A stretch of 64,000 nucleotides of DNA from Octopus sinensis (Eukaryota): NCBI RefSeq assembly GCF_006345805.1, contig NC_042997.1:96286001-96350000 (forward strand), read 5' to 3'. This document shows, one piece after another, positions 25,015 through 37,870 of this stretch (position 1 is its first letter; every line of letters starts with the position of its first letter). The notes below the pieces were generated by a model that saw only the letters and a list, made by a program, of their open reading frames with translations, was not told the origin of the DNA and did not search any database. The translations under genes were made by a program, and so were the position numbers.

Positions 25015-26049
25015 TATATGTATATATATATATAGCGTTATTAATAATGGATTATAAATTTAGGCAAAATTCTCCTTCAGCTCTATTAATACAAATACTC
25101 CAGGCTAACTAAAATTTTCTGATTGGTATACAACTCCAAATATTACTAAGGCAAGATCCGAAATTGAAGTTCATCAACAAACGACATTGTCAAATCGAGG
25201 TTGCAATAACAAGTTAATTTGGTTTGTTTTCACAGAGTGATATACAAGAAAAGGCATAAATAATGGGTTCACACATTTATTCATTTTTACATTGCTGACT
25301 TATAGCTGTTTCTGATATGAGTTTCAAGTGCATTCATTGTCCCGTTTATTCAGATTGGTGAACTGAAAGATGTGAACGACAAATGTATGTCGTCTTGAGA
25401 GTCCGTGTGACACGTTCCAAAATAAACGAAAATAGAACTAATAGATATATAAAGATGGACGAAGAGAAAAGAAAAGAATAAAGAAAAAGGAAGAAGAAAG
25501 GAGAAAGAGCAAGAGAAAGAAGAAACTGGGAACTGAAGTAGAGGGACGGAAATAAAGCTAGTCACCGTGTATCTATAAGAAACTAGGTTACACCTTTCTA
25601 TCCATCAGCCTCAGTCTGTTATTATCTGTTACCACAGTTGAATAGTATCAAAATGTTGAATTGAAATTTTATACTCACCACCTTCTCTAATGGTCAACTG
25701 TTGGTGAAATTTTATATCTAGGCCATTGTTTCTTGGTTACTGCTACATAATGTCAGTTATATTATGCTTTTCCCCCTTTATGGTGTTATAGTATGCTTTT
25801 TTTGGTGTGTGTTTATAGAAGCACCTTATAGGCGTCAAATTATTTAGCTCGTTTTTCTTTACTTTCATTTTATTTTCCCGAAACAAATTATTACTCACCT
25901 TTTCACGGACTTCCAAGACGAAAGCATTTGTAAATGCTAGCACTCAATGATGAACTTAACTACACAATGTTAACCTTAACTCGTCCAAAATATGCAAGAC
26001 ACAAATTCCAATAGGCAATACCAAGGAGAGGTTTATTAACAAAATCAAA

Positions 26050-26620
26050 GAAGCACCCGGACAAGCTGAAGATCCTCTTGATCCCGGAATGATCCTTTTT
26101 TTTCTACCCCACACCCTGAACAATAGATGACTTGCCTCCAATCCATATGAAGACCATGTAGCATGCAATCCAGGAAACTTTCCTCCAACTATGATGGTCA
26201 TTGTGACTCCAGTGAGGGTGATGTCGTGCCGCCCGTTGTGTACCGCCCCTTGAACAGGGCATTAGTCTCAGTTCAGACGGCTATTTGAAGCTGCTGAAGT
26301 CTGTATTCAAACCCTAACTAGAGAACGCTGCAGAACGTTGCTACTGGAAGGCCACAATTGTGACAGCATGATTTGAGTCCTAGCCATACCTCTGGAAAGA
26401 GTCAAAAGAGGTTGTCAGAGAATTACTACTTCTCCAACCCAAATTTCTAGCCTCCTAATTCTCCTGGTTGTAATCCCACGGATTATGCTGTGCAGGGTGT
26501 GATCAAGGGGCAGCCAATATCTCAGTGATTGAAGGTCTTCCAAGGGACACAATAAAGATCGCATGCGCCATGTTCTGGAACCATTTTTGACCCTGGTGAT
26601 AGATGGATGTGCCTAAATTG
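26050..26620 (+). mobile_element. Degenerate Tc1/mariner transposase remnant, probably maT/DD37D-like
   Basis: Broken-frame motifs KFPPTMMV and SHTSGKSQKRLSENY...PPNSPGCNPTDYAV. Confidence 0.55.
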
Positions 26621-27014
26621 AGGAGACTATTATTTCCCAGCCGTAGTGTAGTAGTTAATACTTTGATATTTTATAATGCTTTCATTTTTGACTGGAAGAT
26701 GTATTTGTGTGTTTGCGTTTGTACACGGGTGTGCTTGAAAGGTACCATTTGCAATTGACATTATTCTATACCATTAATATTTTCTCCATAATCCCAGAGA
26801 TATTAATAAATTTTCTGGAATAAACTGCAAGTCAGGGAGTGGCGGCAAATACCTTTGTGATAATTCTCTGAATAAAAATAATATATAATTTAAGTTCTCC
26901 ACCATAGCGAACGTATTTTTTAAATACACGCAATTGTACTTTACAAATAGGTATACTCACAGCCACACATAAAGAAACGCTCGCGCACGTTCATACATAT
27001 ATATAGGGAGAGTT

Positions 27015-27190
27015 TACGAAAAAAAAAACAAAAGACGAAGACAGGTGGTGTGCAAAACAAACAGATGTATTAGTATAACGCTCAGGAATAGAAAAAGTTC
27101 TTTTACGTTTCGAGCCTACGCTCTTCTACAGAAAGGCACACAGAAAAATCAAGGAGAGAAAAAAATGTGTGTAGTGGCTAACGATCTATC
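27015..27190 (-). mobile_element. PLE-type 3' tail (family 2) containing an HHR
   Basis: Homologous to 50105-50305 (+). Confidence 0.75.
27100..27135 (-). ncRNA. Minimal type-I hammerhead ribozyme motif, CUGUAGA variant core
   Basis: cuuu-CUGUAGA-A-gagc(guag)gcuc-GAA-ACGU-A-aaag. Stem I cuuu/aaag, stem II 4 bp, palindromic ACGU at stem III. Confidence 0.7.
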
Positions 27191-27739
27191 GTCCGTTTTT
27201 TTATTGTGCTCTAATAAAAACATTTTTACTTTAATTTGATGTGTTACTCCATCTTTCTGTAAAGTAAAATGTTATTTTTAATTTATTTTAACATTTGTAA
27301 GCAAGAATATTATTGAGAGTGAGTTCGAAGTGTCGGTCGGTTAATCCATCGTCCATTGATGTCTTAGCAAGCCAAAACATAATTGGGCGTGTATCTATGT
27401 ATATATGCATGAAGATGTACCCATATGCGTGCATGCACTCCTGCTTTCATGTGAGAGTATGATTTTGTGTTATTTATGGTTGTTAGTGCTGGTCTCATGC
27501 TCGTCTCCTATATCTGATATATGAAAATAAGTTCTATACTACAACGAAAATGAGATCAAATTAAAAATAGAAAGTTGAGAGTTATCGGAATTCAAAATAA
27601 TATCGTGAAATTTCTTCATTTACATTTTTATTAATTTACTGCATGTGTGAGTATGTGTATATTTGTACACACACACAAGCATACACACATATGTGTGTGA
27701 GTTTGCAATTATAAATATGTACATATTTGTATATACATA

Positions 27740-28165
27740 GGCGCAGACATGGCTGTGTAGTAAGAAGCTTCCGTGCCAACCACATGGTTCCGGGTTCAGT
27801 CCCATTGCGCGGCACGTCGCGCAAGTGTCTTCTACTATAGCCTCGGACAGACCAAAGCCTTGTGAGTGGATTTGGTAGGCGGGAAACTGAAAGTAGCCCG
27901 TCGTGTATAAGTGTGTGTCTGTGTGTGTATATTTCTGTTTGTGGGGGCGGGTATATGTGTCTTTGTTTCCGGCCATTGCTTGACAGTCGATGCTGGTGTA
28001 TTTATGTCCCCCTAACTTAGCGGTTCGGTAAAACAGATTGAGGGAATAAGTACTAGGCTTACAAAAAATAAAATACCGGGGTCGATTTCTTCGACTAAAC
28101 CCCTTATAGGCAGTGCTCTAGCATGGCCGAATTCAGATGACTGAAAAAGTAAAAGAATAAAAGAA
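27740..28165 (+). mobile_element. SINE family A
   Basis: Same head, core and tail as 34938-35350. Confidence 0.9.
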
Positions 28166-29357
28166 TGTATGTGTGTTTGTATACGATAATATCACCACCT
28201 CCGTAAATGGGTTTATATTTACACGATTACATATAAGTATGCACACACATACACACACGTACATACACATAGACACACCCATATGTATGTGTGTGTGTAT
28301 GTGCAAATACACAATTACTTGCATATATATGTGTGTGTACGTATGCATATGTGTGTGTGTGTGCACATGGATGTATATGTGTACTAGTGCGTATATATAT
28401 AACTATGTCTGTTATATACATACCTACATTCATATATAATAGTGAATAAAAATAATGGTTAAAGTAATTCAGGCGAACACACATTACGCACTCCATATGA
28501 TGAAGCAGACTAATAGAATAACTGTTGAAGAGTATAATAAACCATGTGGGTTACACATATTTTCTGACTCGTATATACTGCAGATCCAAGTTATTCCCTA
28601 ACTGATATGTTGGTGCATGAATCATAGTGTACAGCAGGAAATAGAGTGAAGAGTTATATATGACTATTTGTTGATATATATTTCGCAATGCTTGTGAAAT
28701 TGTATCTTCAATATGCAGTACTTTGTACACAAAATCGATCGTTTTGTTAATCAATTACTCGAACAAATGTTGTAAACCTCATGTCGCAAACTCTTCTCAT
28801 CTGAGTTCAAACGTTGCTGTGTTAGATATTCCAAAAGACTGCTTCGAAGTCGGTTGCTTAGGATATGATTGTAGACAGTGTAATTAACATATTACCTTTT
28901 CGTGGTTGTAATGTACATTCAAATGCATGGTCAGGGGGGTCAAAACATTAGCAATCGTTGGTGTAGAGAAATCTGTGAGAAGGAAGCTACAGAAGTTTAA
29001 TCAACGTATAATGTCTTTATTTAATGACATTCCAAGATGGAATCAATATAGATTGATAAATTAGTCAAACTCTAAGAGGATTTTTTTTCAAGAAGATATT
29101 GCCTCACAATTCGACGCGCCATTTCTGTTTAGAAATATCAGGTTAATAACCGTTAAATTGAATTCCGTTAAGTAAAACTAAAATTAAGTTCGATTGTGTG
29201 AAATATCAAATACAATCATATTTTGTCAACACGTGAAGAATTTAAATTGAAACATTAAAGATTATTTAACAAAAAGTTTTAAAGAATTTTATACGGTTTA
29301 ATAAGTAGCCGGAAAAGAAAGAAGTAAAGATAATGTAACACTGGAATTTAAGAAGGT

Positions 29358-29666
29358 GGCGCAATGGCCTAGTGGTTAGGGCAGCGGACTCGCAGTCGGA
29401 GGATCGCGGATTCGATTTCCAGACTGGGCGTTGTGTGTGTATATTGAGCGAAAACACCTAAAGTTCCACGAAGCTCCGGCAGGGGGTGGTGGCGAAACCT
29501 GTTGTACTTTTTCGCCCCAACTTTCTCTCACTCTTTTTTCCTGTTTCTTCAGTAACGCTGCGATGGTCTGGCGTCCCGTCCAGCTGGGGAGAACACATTC
29601 GCCACAGAAACAGAGAAACCTGGCCCATGAAACTGGCTGGGCCTGAAAAGGGCGCATAAATAAATA
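29358..29666 (+). mobile_element. tRNA-derived SINE family D with V-domain-like segment and (TAAA)n tail
   Basis: GGCGCAATGGCCTAGTGGTTAGGG A-box, degenerate B-box GGATTCGATTTCC and GCGATGGTCTGGCGTCCCGTCCAG block. Confidence 0.75.
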
Positions 29667-30464
29667 GTACAATTTAAGAGAGAATTCTTTTTTCTTTTTT
29701 GCCTTATATGGCGGGTAAATTAAGAGAATAGGAGAATGTATAATAGCGAACATTAGGTACAGAATTGAAACCCCTACATCTTTGATACTTCAGTTAGGTG
29801 AGATTTCTTTCGGAAAACTCATGAATGTGTTACTAAGTGAGACCGGGAAATCAAAAATCCATTATGTGTGTAAATTGCGCAGTAATAGCAATTTAGTACA
29901 TCAAACCTTTCCCACAAACACAAACTGCCCCGCCCACCGTTCTTTCCCTATATGTTAAAGCGTTACCCATATTATGGACCTCAAAATAAGTTATTCTATT
30001 TTCCTTTCTTTGAGAAGCCAGTTGAAGTTGGCCAACTATTTTTTTCTTTGGTACATATATACTTTTACATATATATAGATACATGTGTGTGTATGTATGT
30101 ATGTTAGTGTATGTATGTACGCATGTATGCATGTATGCATGCATGCATATATGTACGTATGCATGTATGTATGTATATATGTATCTATCTATCCATGTAG
30201 GCTACGAGTTTCACTCAGTTTCATATGACTTAGCCCCGTGGGCACACAGGATATGTTCATATTATCAGATGTTCAAAGCCAAAGTGCCGACAGAAGAAAA
30301 GTTTCGATTTAAAATACATAAATGCTTTCAATATAATGCATATTTAGGACATTTTCAGATGCAATCATTTATAATTATCGAAGCTATTAATTTCACTAAG
30401 AAATTATATGAAAATTACTAGTTTTAAATCTCACAACGTGAGATATTCAGCAACAGTACTTGTA

Positions 30465-30959
30465 GTAAAGATTGTTGCCAATATAACATGGCAGTTTTGG
30501 TTTAGGACTAATGTTACTGTAATTTAGTCCCAGGAGACATCGTCTCCAGCTGGCTAAACAACGCGATCTGTGTCCTCATATTTTCGAACAAGGGAATCTA
30601 GCACCATCACTGAGATCAAAATAATATCTGTGTATCTCACGTTATGAGATTTAAAAATAGTAATTTTCAAATTTATAAATCAGTGACTAGTTGTCACTTT
30701 GCATACTATGTATTTCGAACGGGAATTTGGCAGCGCCACCTCTACCCGAGCAATTATTCTGCGCTGATGAAGAGAAATAACCAAGAAATCGCGACATATT
30801 GTTTTGAGCTGAGTGGAGGTGAGAGATTTCGTTGTTCGAAAATATGAGGGCAAAGGTCGTGTCGTATAGCCAGCTGGAAACGATGTCTCCTGGGACTAAA
30901 TTACAGCAACATTAGTCCTAAACCAGAACTGCCATGTTATGTTGGCAAACAATCTTTAC
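30465..30959. mobile_element. MITE/foldback element with long TIRs (~125 bp well matched, ~165 bp loosely)
   Basis: GTAAAGATTGTTGCCAATATAACATGGC... versus ...GCCATGTTATGTTGGCAAACAATCTTTAC. Confidence 0.85.
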
Positions 30960-32176
30960 ATCAGGAAATTATATGATTTAAAAAACTCAGATTCGAATGA
31001 TGTTCATGTTCCTTTTGCAAAATAGATAATTTGTAGTTGGCTGGAGGGGCTTCATAGCACCCACTCCTATTCGATTACTACAACTTACCGTAATTCAAAT
31101 TATTTTTATGAACATTATGAAAAATTTGTTATTTATATTTTCTTCAGATCTCCTTATCCAGTAATGAACAGACCCACACACACTTTATTTCACATTGAAG
31201 GACCATACATTTTAATTCTACAATAGACCATCCATAAGCGAGATTATTCCAATTATTTATAGTTAGCCAGTGTAGACATTTTAAATAAGATATTACCGAA
31301 CATTAGAGAAGTCTCTTGAACACTATTATGTAATTCTTTTTTTCTGTGATAGATTGTTCTAAATTTACCCTTAATATTGAATGTAAAAATTTTATGCAAT
31401 TTTAATATTGATAGTCGTTATGTTTTCCTCATTATTACTTACGGATATCAATTCTGGAAAATGCATACGCGAAATTTGAGATTTGGGATTTGTAAATTAT
31501 ACTTGCTCAGGAATATTCTCTAAGTTACAATACTGATTGCCTGCAATTAAATTGACAAACACTCCGTTTTTTACGCACGTATGAGTACAAGAGATTCCAA
31601 CGAGGTTACTTATGATATTGGCGTAATTTTTGTGGTTCAAATTAAGGATGAATTCCTTTATAGAGATGTATAGATGGGGTTTTGCATAGAGATGAAAGCC
31701 TATTAAACAGCTTAAATTTTCACCCTCGTGTTACTGATAAATTCTTACAGAAATTGCTTGACTGTTTCAATGGAAATAATTTATCCATTATATTGGGTAA
31801 GGATAATCTGTAGCAATAATTTTGGGATTTGACACTAAATTTCTATAATAGGTAATTTTACACATACAGAAAATTTAACAAAACTGTAAGCCATATTAAC
31901 ATTTTTCGAACGATCTGAAGAACGTCATGAAGAACTTGTTTAGCATTAAGTTTGCTGAGATTATCTCCAAACGAGAAAATATGGAAGGATCTTTTAATCA
32001 GTTATAACGAAGTATTGGCTCACAGACATTTTTTTAAATTGTAGTTTTAGGAGATATACACTAGGGAATATTATTTGATAGAATACATCTATTAAGATAG
32101 AAGTATCTACAATGATAGAAACGTTTGCTATTACTCATCAAACATTCTCCTGCACAACATAGGCATATAGCTATTA

Positions 32177-32586
32177 TTTTACTCTTTTAATTGTTTCAGT
32201 CATTTGATTGTGGCCATGCCGGAGCACCGCCTTTAGTCGAGCATATCGACCCCAGGACTTATTCTTTGTAACCCTAGTACTTATTCTATCGGTCTCTTTT
32301 GCCGAACCGCTAAGTTACAGGGACGTAAACACAGCAGCATCGGTTGCAGAGTGATGTTGGCGGGACAAACACAGACATACAAACATACACACACACACAC
32401 AAATATATATATATAATATATATATATATATATACGACGGATTTCTTTCAGTTTCCGTCTACCAAATCCACTCACAAGGCTTTGGTCGGTCCGAGGCTAT
32501 AGTAGAAGACGCCCAAGGTGCCACGAAGTGGGACTGAACCCGGAGCCATGTGGTTGGTAAGCAAGCTACTTACCACACAGTCACTC
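32177..32586 (-). mobile_element. SINE family A
   Basis: Aligns to 3769-4184 over nearly the full length. Confidence 0.9.
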
Positions 32587-33322
32587 GATGATATATCTTA
32601 TATCACAAGTCCTAACCTAGTGCAATGAACTGCTTCTTTCAATGAAAGTAATTTAATAATTAGTAATAATAGCTATAATTACAGTGCTATTTCTAATTCT
32701 GTTCACAGAAGCAATTACACTTTAGAAAGTAATTGCTTAATTAACGATTTTATAAATATACATTTAACAGCTTTATCACTAGAAAATCGTATGTAAGCTT
32801 AACAGCCAATAAGTTTAAACTTCGATAATTTACATATAATTGTTTCAAAACTCGATTAGGAGAGATATTGTAATAGTTCAGACATGCATACGGTGTCTCA
32901 AGTTTTAGAGCAACTATTATGACATCCGTTTCAATGCGTACCCAGGTAAATATTTCCCTTCCATTCAGGCTCTTCACATTTTTAAAGTAGGAACTTTAAT
33001 AAAATGCGACAACAGTATGTGGATTTTCACTACTTTTATGTTTGATATATTGTACATTGATGTTCTTAAAGAATATATGAGTACAAGATAGATTCAGGTG
33101 TTTGTATATCTACTAATATGAAAATATTGCCATATGGTTTTATACGGAATGGGGAATAGGCTAGGACTGAATAAAATATCCTTACAAAGAGATAAAAAAT
33201 ATTGCATTTTACAATACGTTCCAACTTAGTCTGGTTATAAGTATCGCAAACTGAATTTCCGCCTTGCGACGTCCTGATTATTCGCTTTATAAGTTCAATA
33301 ATTGCGAATTAATTTGTCAGGG

Positions 33323-33406
33323 GTCAATTTAGTTTGGCTTAATTGGTAAAACACTTGACGGGTAATCAAAGAATTGTGAGTTCGAGTTTCGTGGCTGATT
33401 GTTGAC
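33323..33406 (+). pseudogene. Degenerate tRNA-like sequence (pseudo-tRNA or SINE head)
   Basis: A-box-like TGGCTTAATTGGTAAA, stem TTGA/TCAA around a 7-nt loop and B-box-like GAGTTCGAGT. Poor acceptor stem. Confidence 0.3.
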
Positions 33407-33699
33407 ATAATTTTTCCTTTTTGTATGGATATATTATCCAGCCTCAGCTGTGCTAACAGCGTTTATGCGTTTGAAAATAATATATATATGTATGTGTGCA
33501 TGTATGCATGTATGCTTCTATGTATGTATGCATGCATGTATGTATTTTTTTCGTGTCAGTCTCTTGCTACTTAAAATTTGACCTGCACAGGATCTTGCTA
33601 TGACTGGAAAAATAAAATTGATGGGTTTTGCACTCACGCACAAACACACACAAATATATAGTTTTTTTTTTCTAAAAGAATGCTGTATAATGGCTCGCT

Positions 33700-33830
33700 A
33701 CCTCCATCAAATTGACGTTGTCTGAACAGGTGCACGTGTACCACTCGTGAGGTGTCGACGTGATCGCAGAGCAACATAAGATGAAGTTTCTTTCTCAAGA
33801 ACACCGCACTACACGGTCTAGGAATTGAAA
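33700..33830 (-). mobile_element. Old SINE family C-like remnant
   Basis: GCAACATAAGATGAAGTTTCTTTCTCAAGAACAC resembles 12468-12500. Confidence 0.5.
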
Positions 33831-34937
33831 GAGTACTATACATTCTGTGTTGTAGCATATAATCGATCAGAAAGTTACCATTTGTTTTGCGTCTCCTATA
33901 ACACTTAACAATACAGATGACACATCAGGAATGCTGGTCGGAAGCACATATCATCTTATCACATAATAGCACTATATTCTACCAGATACTCTGGTAACTG
34001 GCGCTCATATTCGATAATATAGGGAAGCCGCAAACTTACTTGAAGAAATACACTTATAGTATAGTATGAGAAAATAATATGAAGTACAGTAATGGTATTT
34101 TGTTAATTCATTAAGTTTCTTTCTGCAATCGATAAAAAAATTTCAATGAGAACTTTAAAATGCTATCCAATTATATCACACGTTAGCTATAAATTGCATC
34201 GTCAGATGTCATATTGGAAAAAGAAAATGATCAAAGCATGTGCCGAACATAAATACCCGGGAGACAAATATCACCAATGTAAGTCAGGAAGAATAGTGTA
34301 ATGCTGGAGTGGTGGCAATGGCATGTGTATTTAAAGATAATAACTTCAAAATGGAAAACATCGATATAGGTTAAGAGGTTAGAGTTACTAAAAATATACG
34401 CAAAAGGTCAGTAGAATACGCTGAAACGTACAGTAAGACAAGGCAAGAATAAGGAGAGAAAGAAACCCCATAAATGTACGATGATTCAGGAAGAATATAA
34501 ATACGGGGATATTAAGTGCAACGTGAACTATTAGACAAAAAATATGACCAAGACTATATAGAGGAATGGGATTCATAGAGTAATAACCACTCAGGCAAAT
34601 GTGTCGTCATGAGGTTAAGAGACGAAAGCAGGAACGGATATGAATACACATACGCACACGCACTCATGCACACACACATACGCACGCACACACACACACA
34701 CACACACATACACACACACACACACACTCACAAAGGGATATATATATTTGTACATACATATAGAGACGGGTACACTCCTTTCTGTCAATACCTCATATAA
34801 AATTCTTCCCTGAAGATGGAGGGTGATATTATCCGATGAAGGAATTAAGTTACACTCATCATTTCCGACCACCAAGCCCCCAGAAACAGCTGCTGGACTA
34901 GTAAAAATTTTATTCAACATCTTTAGTTCCTGATATA

Positions 34938-35350
34938 GGCGCAGGAGTGGCTGTGTGGTAAGTAGCTTGCTAACCAGCCACATGGTTCCGGGTTCAGTCC
35001 CACTGCGTGGCACCTTGGGCAAGTGTCTTCTGCTATAGCCCCGGGCCGACCAATGCCTTGTGAGTGGATTTGGTAGACGGAAACTGAAAGAAGCCCGTCG
35101 TATATATGTATATATATATGTGTGTGCGTGTATGTTTGTGTGTCTGTGTTTGTCCCCCTAGCATTGCTTGACAACCGATGCTGGTGTGTTTACGTCCCCG
35201 TTACTTAGCGGTTCGGCAAAAGAGACCGATAGAATAAGTACTGGGCTTACAAAAGAATAAGTCCCGGGGTCGAGTTGCTCGATTAAAGGCAGTGCTCCAG
35301 CATGGCCGCAGTCAAATGACTGAAACAAGTAAAAGAGTAAAAGAGAAAGA
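34938..35350 (+). mobile_element. SINE family A, full length, young
   Basis: Complete head, core and (GTAAAAGA)n tail. Near-identical to 3769-4184. Confidence 0.92.
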
Positions 35351-35768
35351 GAGATATCATTTCTATTCTGTGTAAGTCGGATTTTTTATATGTGAACATA
35401 AGCACAACTTGTTGGTATTAAATGTATTTAATGTTTTTCGTATATCGACTTGCCTCACTTGCTTTTCCTTACATTTACTGCTATACACACACATTTGCAC
35501 GCACACACTCACGCACACATACACACACACACACACATACACGCACACACACGTATCTGGTGCAAGATTTTTAAGATTTGAGGTAGAATTGTACAGCATC
35601 TATAATTTCCTTTTCCTTCTACTCTATTGTTATCTAGTGGCAAGACACAATCAAGACAATGGAGAAATGTGGCGGATGCAGGACCTGCCAGAGTGAGATA
35701 TAACCGTCCTAATTACAAGTAGGTGTTCCATAACTGACTTTCTTATAATGTTCTTATTTGTTCACAAC

Positions 35769-35982
35769 TTTCGATGTTGACAAGTTTAAATGTTCATAAC
35801 AGTCAATACTATTAAAACTGTGTATCACTTCGTTTCAATTTACACAGCTCAGCAGTGTTAGTAGTGATCGACAAGAAATAAGTATCATCAGAGTTTCAGT
35901 CATACTGAGTTTAGAGGGGAAATAACAAGAGAAATGGAGACAGCAAAAACAGGGATTTGGTTTACAATCTCTCTGATTTTCT
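35769..35982 (+). repeat. ~215-bp unclassified repeat, second copy at 38137-38356
   Basis: TTTCGATGTTGACAAGTTTAAATGTTCATAA...GCTCAGCAGTGTTAGTAGTGATCGACAAG...CTCTGATTTTCT is shared, roughly 85% by eye. Confidence 0.85.
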
Positions 35983-35996
35983 CTCCGTCATGTGTA

Positions 35997-36477
35997 GCAA
36001 CACGAAAATTAAACCTGTCAAAGGGTGCATGAAATCTGTTCAGTCAACAGCTATCCAACAGTGAGAGACACCTAGCCTTTATTTAGACATCTCTTTAGGA
36101 GAAGGAACACTTATGTATCACGTGCGACTTCGTTTGCATCCAATGATTTTGGCTAGCTCTATTTATCAGACAAAGCGTATAGGTATACTTAAATAAGCGC
36201 AATCTGATAAGCAGCTGATGGATTTGCCTATGCTTCAAAGATTTTAATGTGAGAAGTGACCTTGCACACCGTCATTCCAACTGAACACACAACTTACGCT
36301 TTGTCTGATAAATAGAGCTAACCAAAATCATTGGATGTAAACAAAGTCGCACGTGATACATAAGATGTCCTTCTCCTAAAGAGATGTCTAAATAAAGGCT
36401 AGGTGTCTCTCAGTGTTGGATAGCTGTTGAATGAACAGACTTCATGCACCTTTTGACAGGTTTCATTTTGGTGTTGC
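35997..36477. mobile_element. 481-bp foldback element: 183-bp inverted arms, 115-bp spacer
   Basis: Arms 35997-36179 and 36295-36477 are reverse complements, roughly 94% by eye. Confidence 0.92.
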
Positions 36478-36976
36478 AGATTGCCCAACAACGTTTTCAT
36501 TGTTTAATCACTATTTTCGTCGTTGAAAATATTATTTCCGCGTGGTAGTTTCAATAACCCAGCTTATTGAAATGCATTTCAAGAATGCAACAGTACCGAT
36601 ATCTAATTTTCTAACTTACGAGAACCTCATTATAATATAGTGCTTTGTTTTTAGAAGTTTCTTCGTTGGGTGAGAACTCTGTGTTTCGTACGGATTCATT
36701 TTTAACTCAATTCCTAATTATGGATTTCGGATGACATGATAATTTATTGACGTAACGTTACGATTTATTTGGCTACCCAAATAACGGGAAGACGATTAAA
36801 CTTATACTTTTCAAAATTGTTACCCTGTATTCAGACACTCAATGCTTTTCTTTAACACACATATCTTCAGTCACACAATCATATATATCCAAACCTGCGT
36901 GTTTCCAAATACACGCTTTGGAAATTACATAAATTATCCATTTAAAGAGACACATTTGACCGTGTGTATGCATCAT

Positions 36977-37058
<82 letters not shown>

Positions 37059-37428
37059 GAGAGAGCACACTGTTATGTGATCAAGAACAGAACTACTTCA
37101 TCTTGTCAGAGATAAATAAAATTTAATAAACACAATATATGTTTTTATGTGCTACTATTAGCTTCATGAGCTGAGAACATTCTAAATAATGTCTCATAAC
37201 ACGTCTAGTCTCATAGCACTTATATCAGACACTTCCTACATGCATAATTAATGTATTGGGACACCAGCCATATTATAAAATAATGTGTGCCATGTCCTCA
37301 TCACATGAACTAAGAGTAGTACATAAAATATATATTTTGTTTATTAAATTGTGTATATATGTATATATATGTATACGTACATACATACAGATAGGTAGAT
37401 ATTATATATGTATGTATGAACATATATG

Positions 37429-37491
<63 letters not shown>

Positions 37492-37544
37492 GTAGTAACA
37501 GAAAAGAGGAATTTCGATTATCCCACGTGGTGATTTGTAATGTG

Positions 37545-37771
37545 TATAAGAAATTAAAAAAGGAAAATACACACACTTACATAGTTTTAATATAAATTTT
37601 AGTATATCAACCGGTTTCGCCATCGCTATTCATATTATGTTTTACTTATTTGAATATATATATTCAAATAAGTAAAACATAAAATCATGAATAGTGATAG
37701 CGAAACCGGTCGATATATTAAAAATTATATTAAAACTATGTAAGTGTGCGTATTTTCCTTTTTAAATTTCT

Positions 37772-37775
<4 letters not shown>
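37545..37775. repeat. 231-bp palindrome of two inverted PLE-like tails
   Basis: Arms ~115 bp, roughly 90% complementary, centred on TATATATA (37655-37662). Each arm has GCGAAACCGGTYGATATA. Confidence 0.85.

Positions 37776-37783
<8 letters not shown>

Positions 37784-37866
<83 letters not shown>
37784..37866. repeat. (TG)n microsatellite
   Basis: Directly visible. Confidence 0.95.

Positions 37867-37870
<4 letters not shown>

Noticed and set aside
25670-25760. Possible minus-strand exon ending at a GTGAGT donor
   Set aside because: All three frames contain stops and there is no supporting neighbouring exon.
29358-29430. tRNA genes at SINE heads (also 12510-12583 and 34938-35010)
   Set aside because: They continue into SINE bodies and lack proper acceptor stems.
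30760-30800. CTGATGAAGAG...GAAATCG as a hammerhead (also 23330-23345 and 34833-34890)
   Set aside because: No convincing stem II or stem I pairing, or no GAAA.
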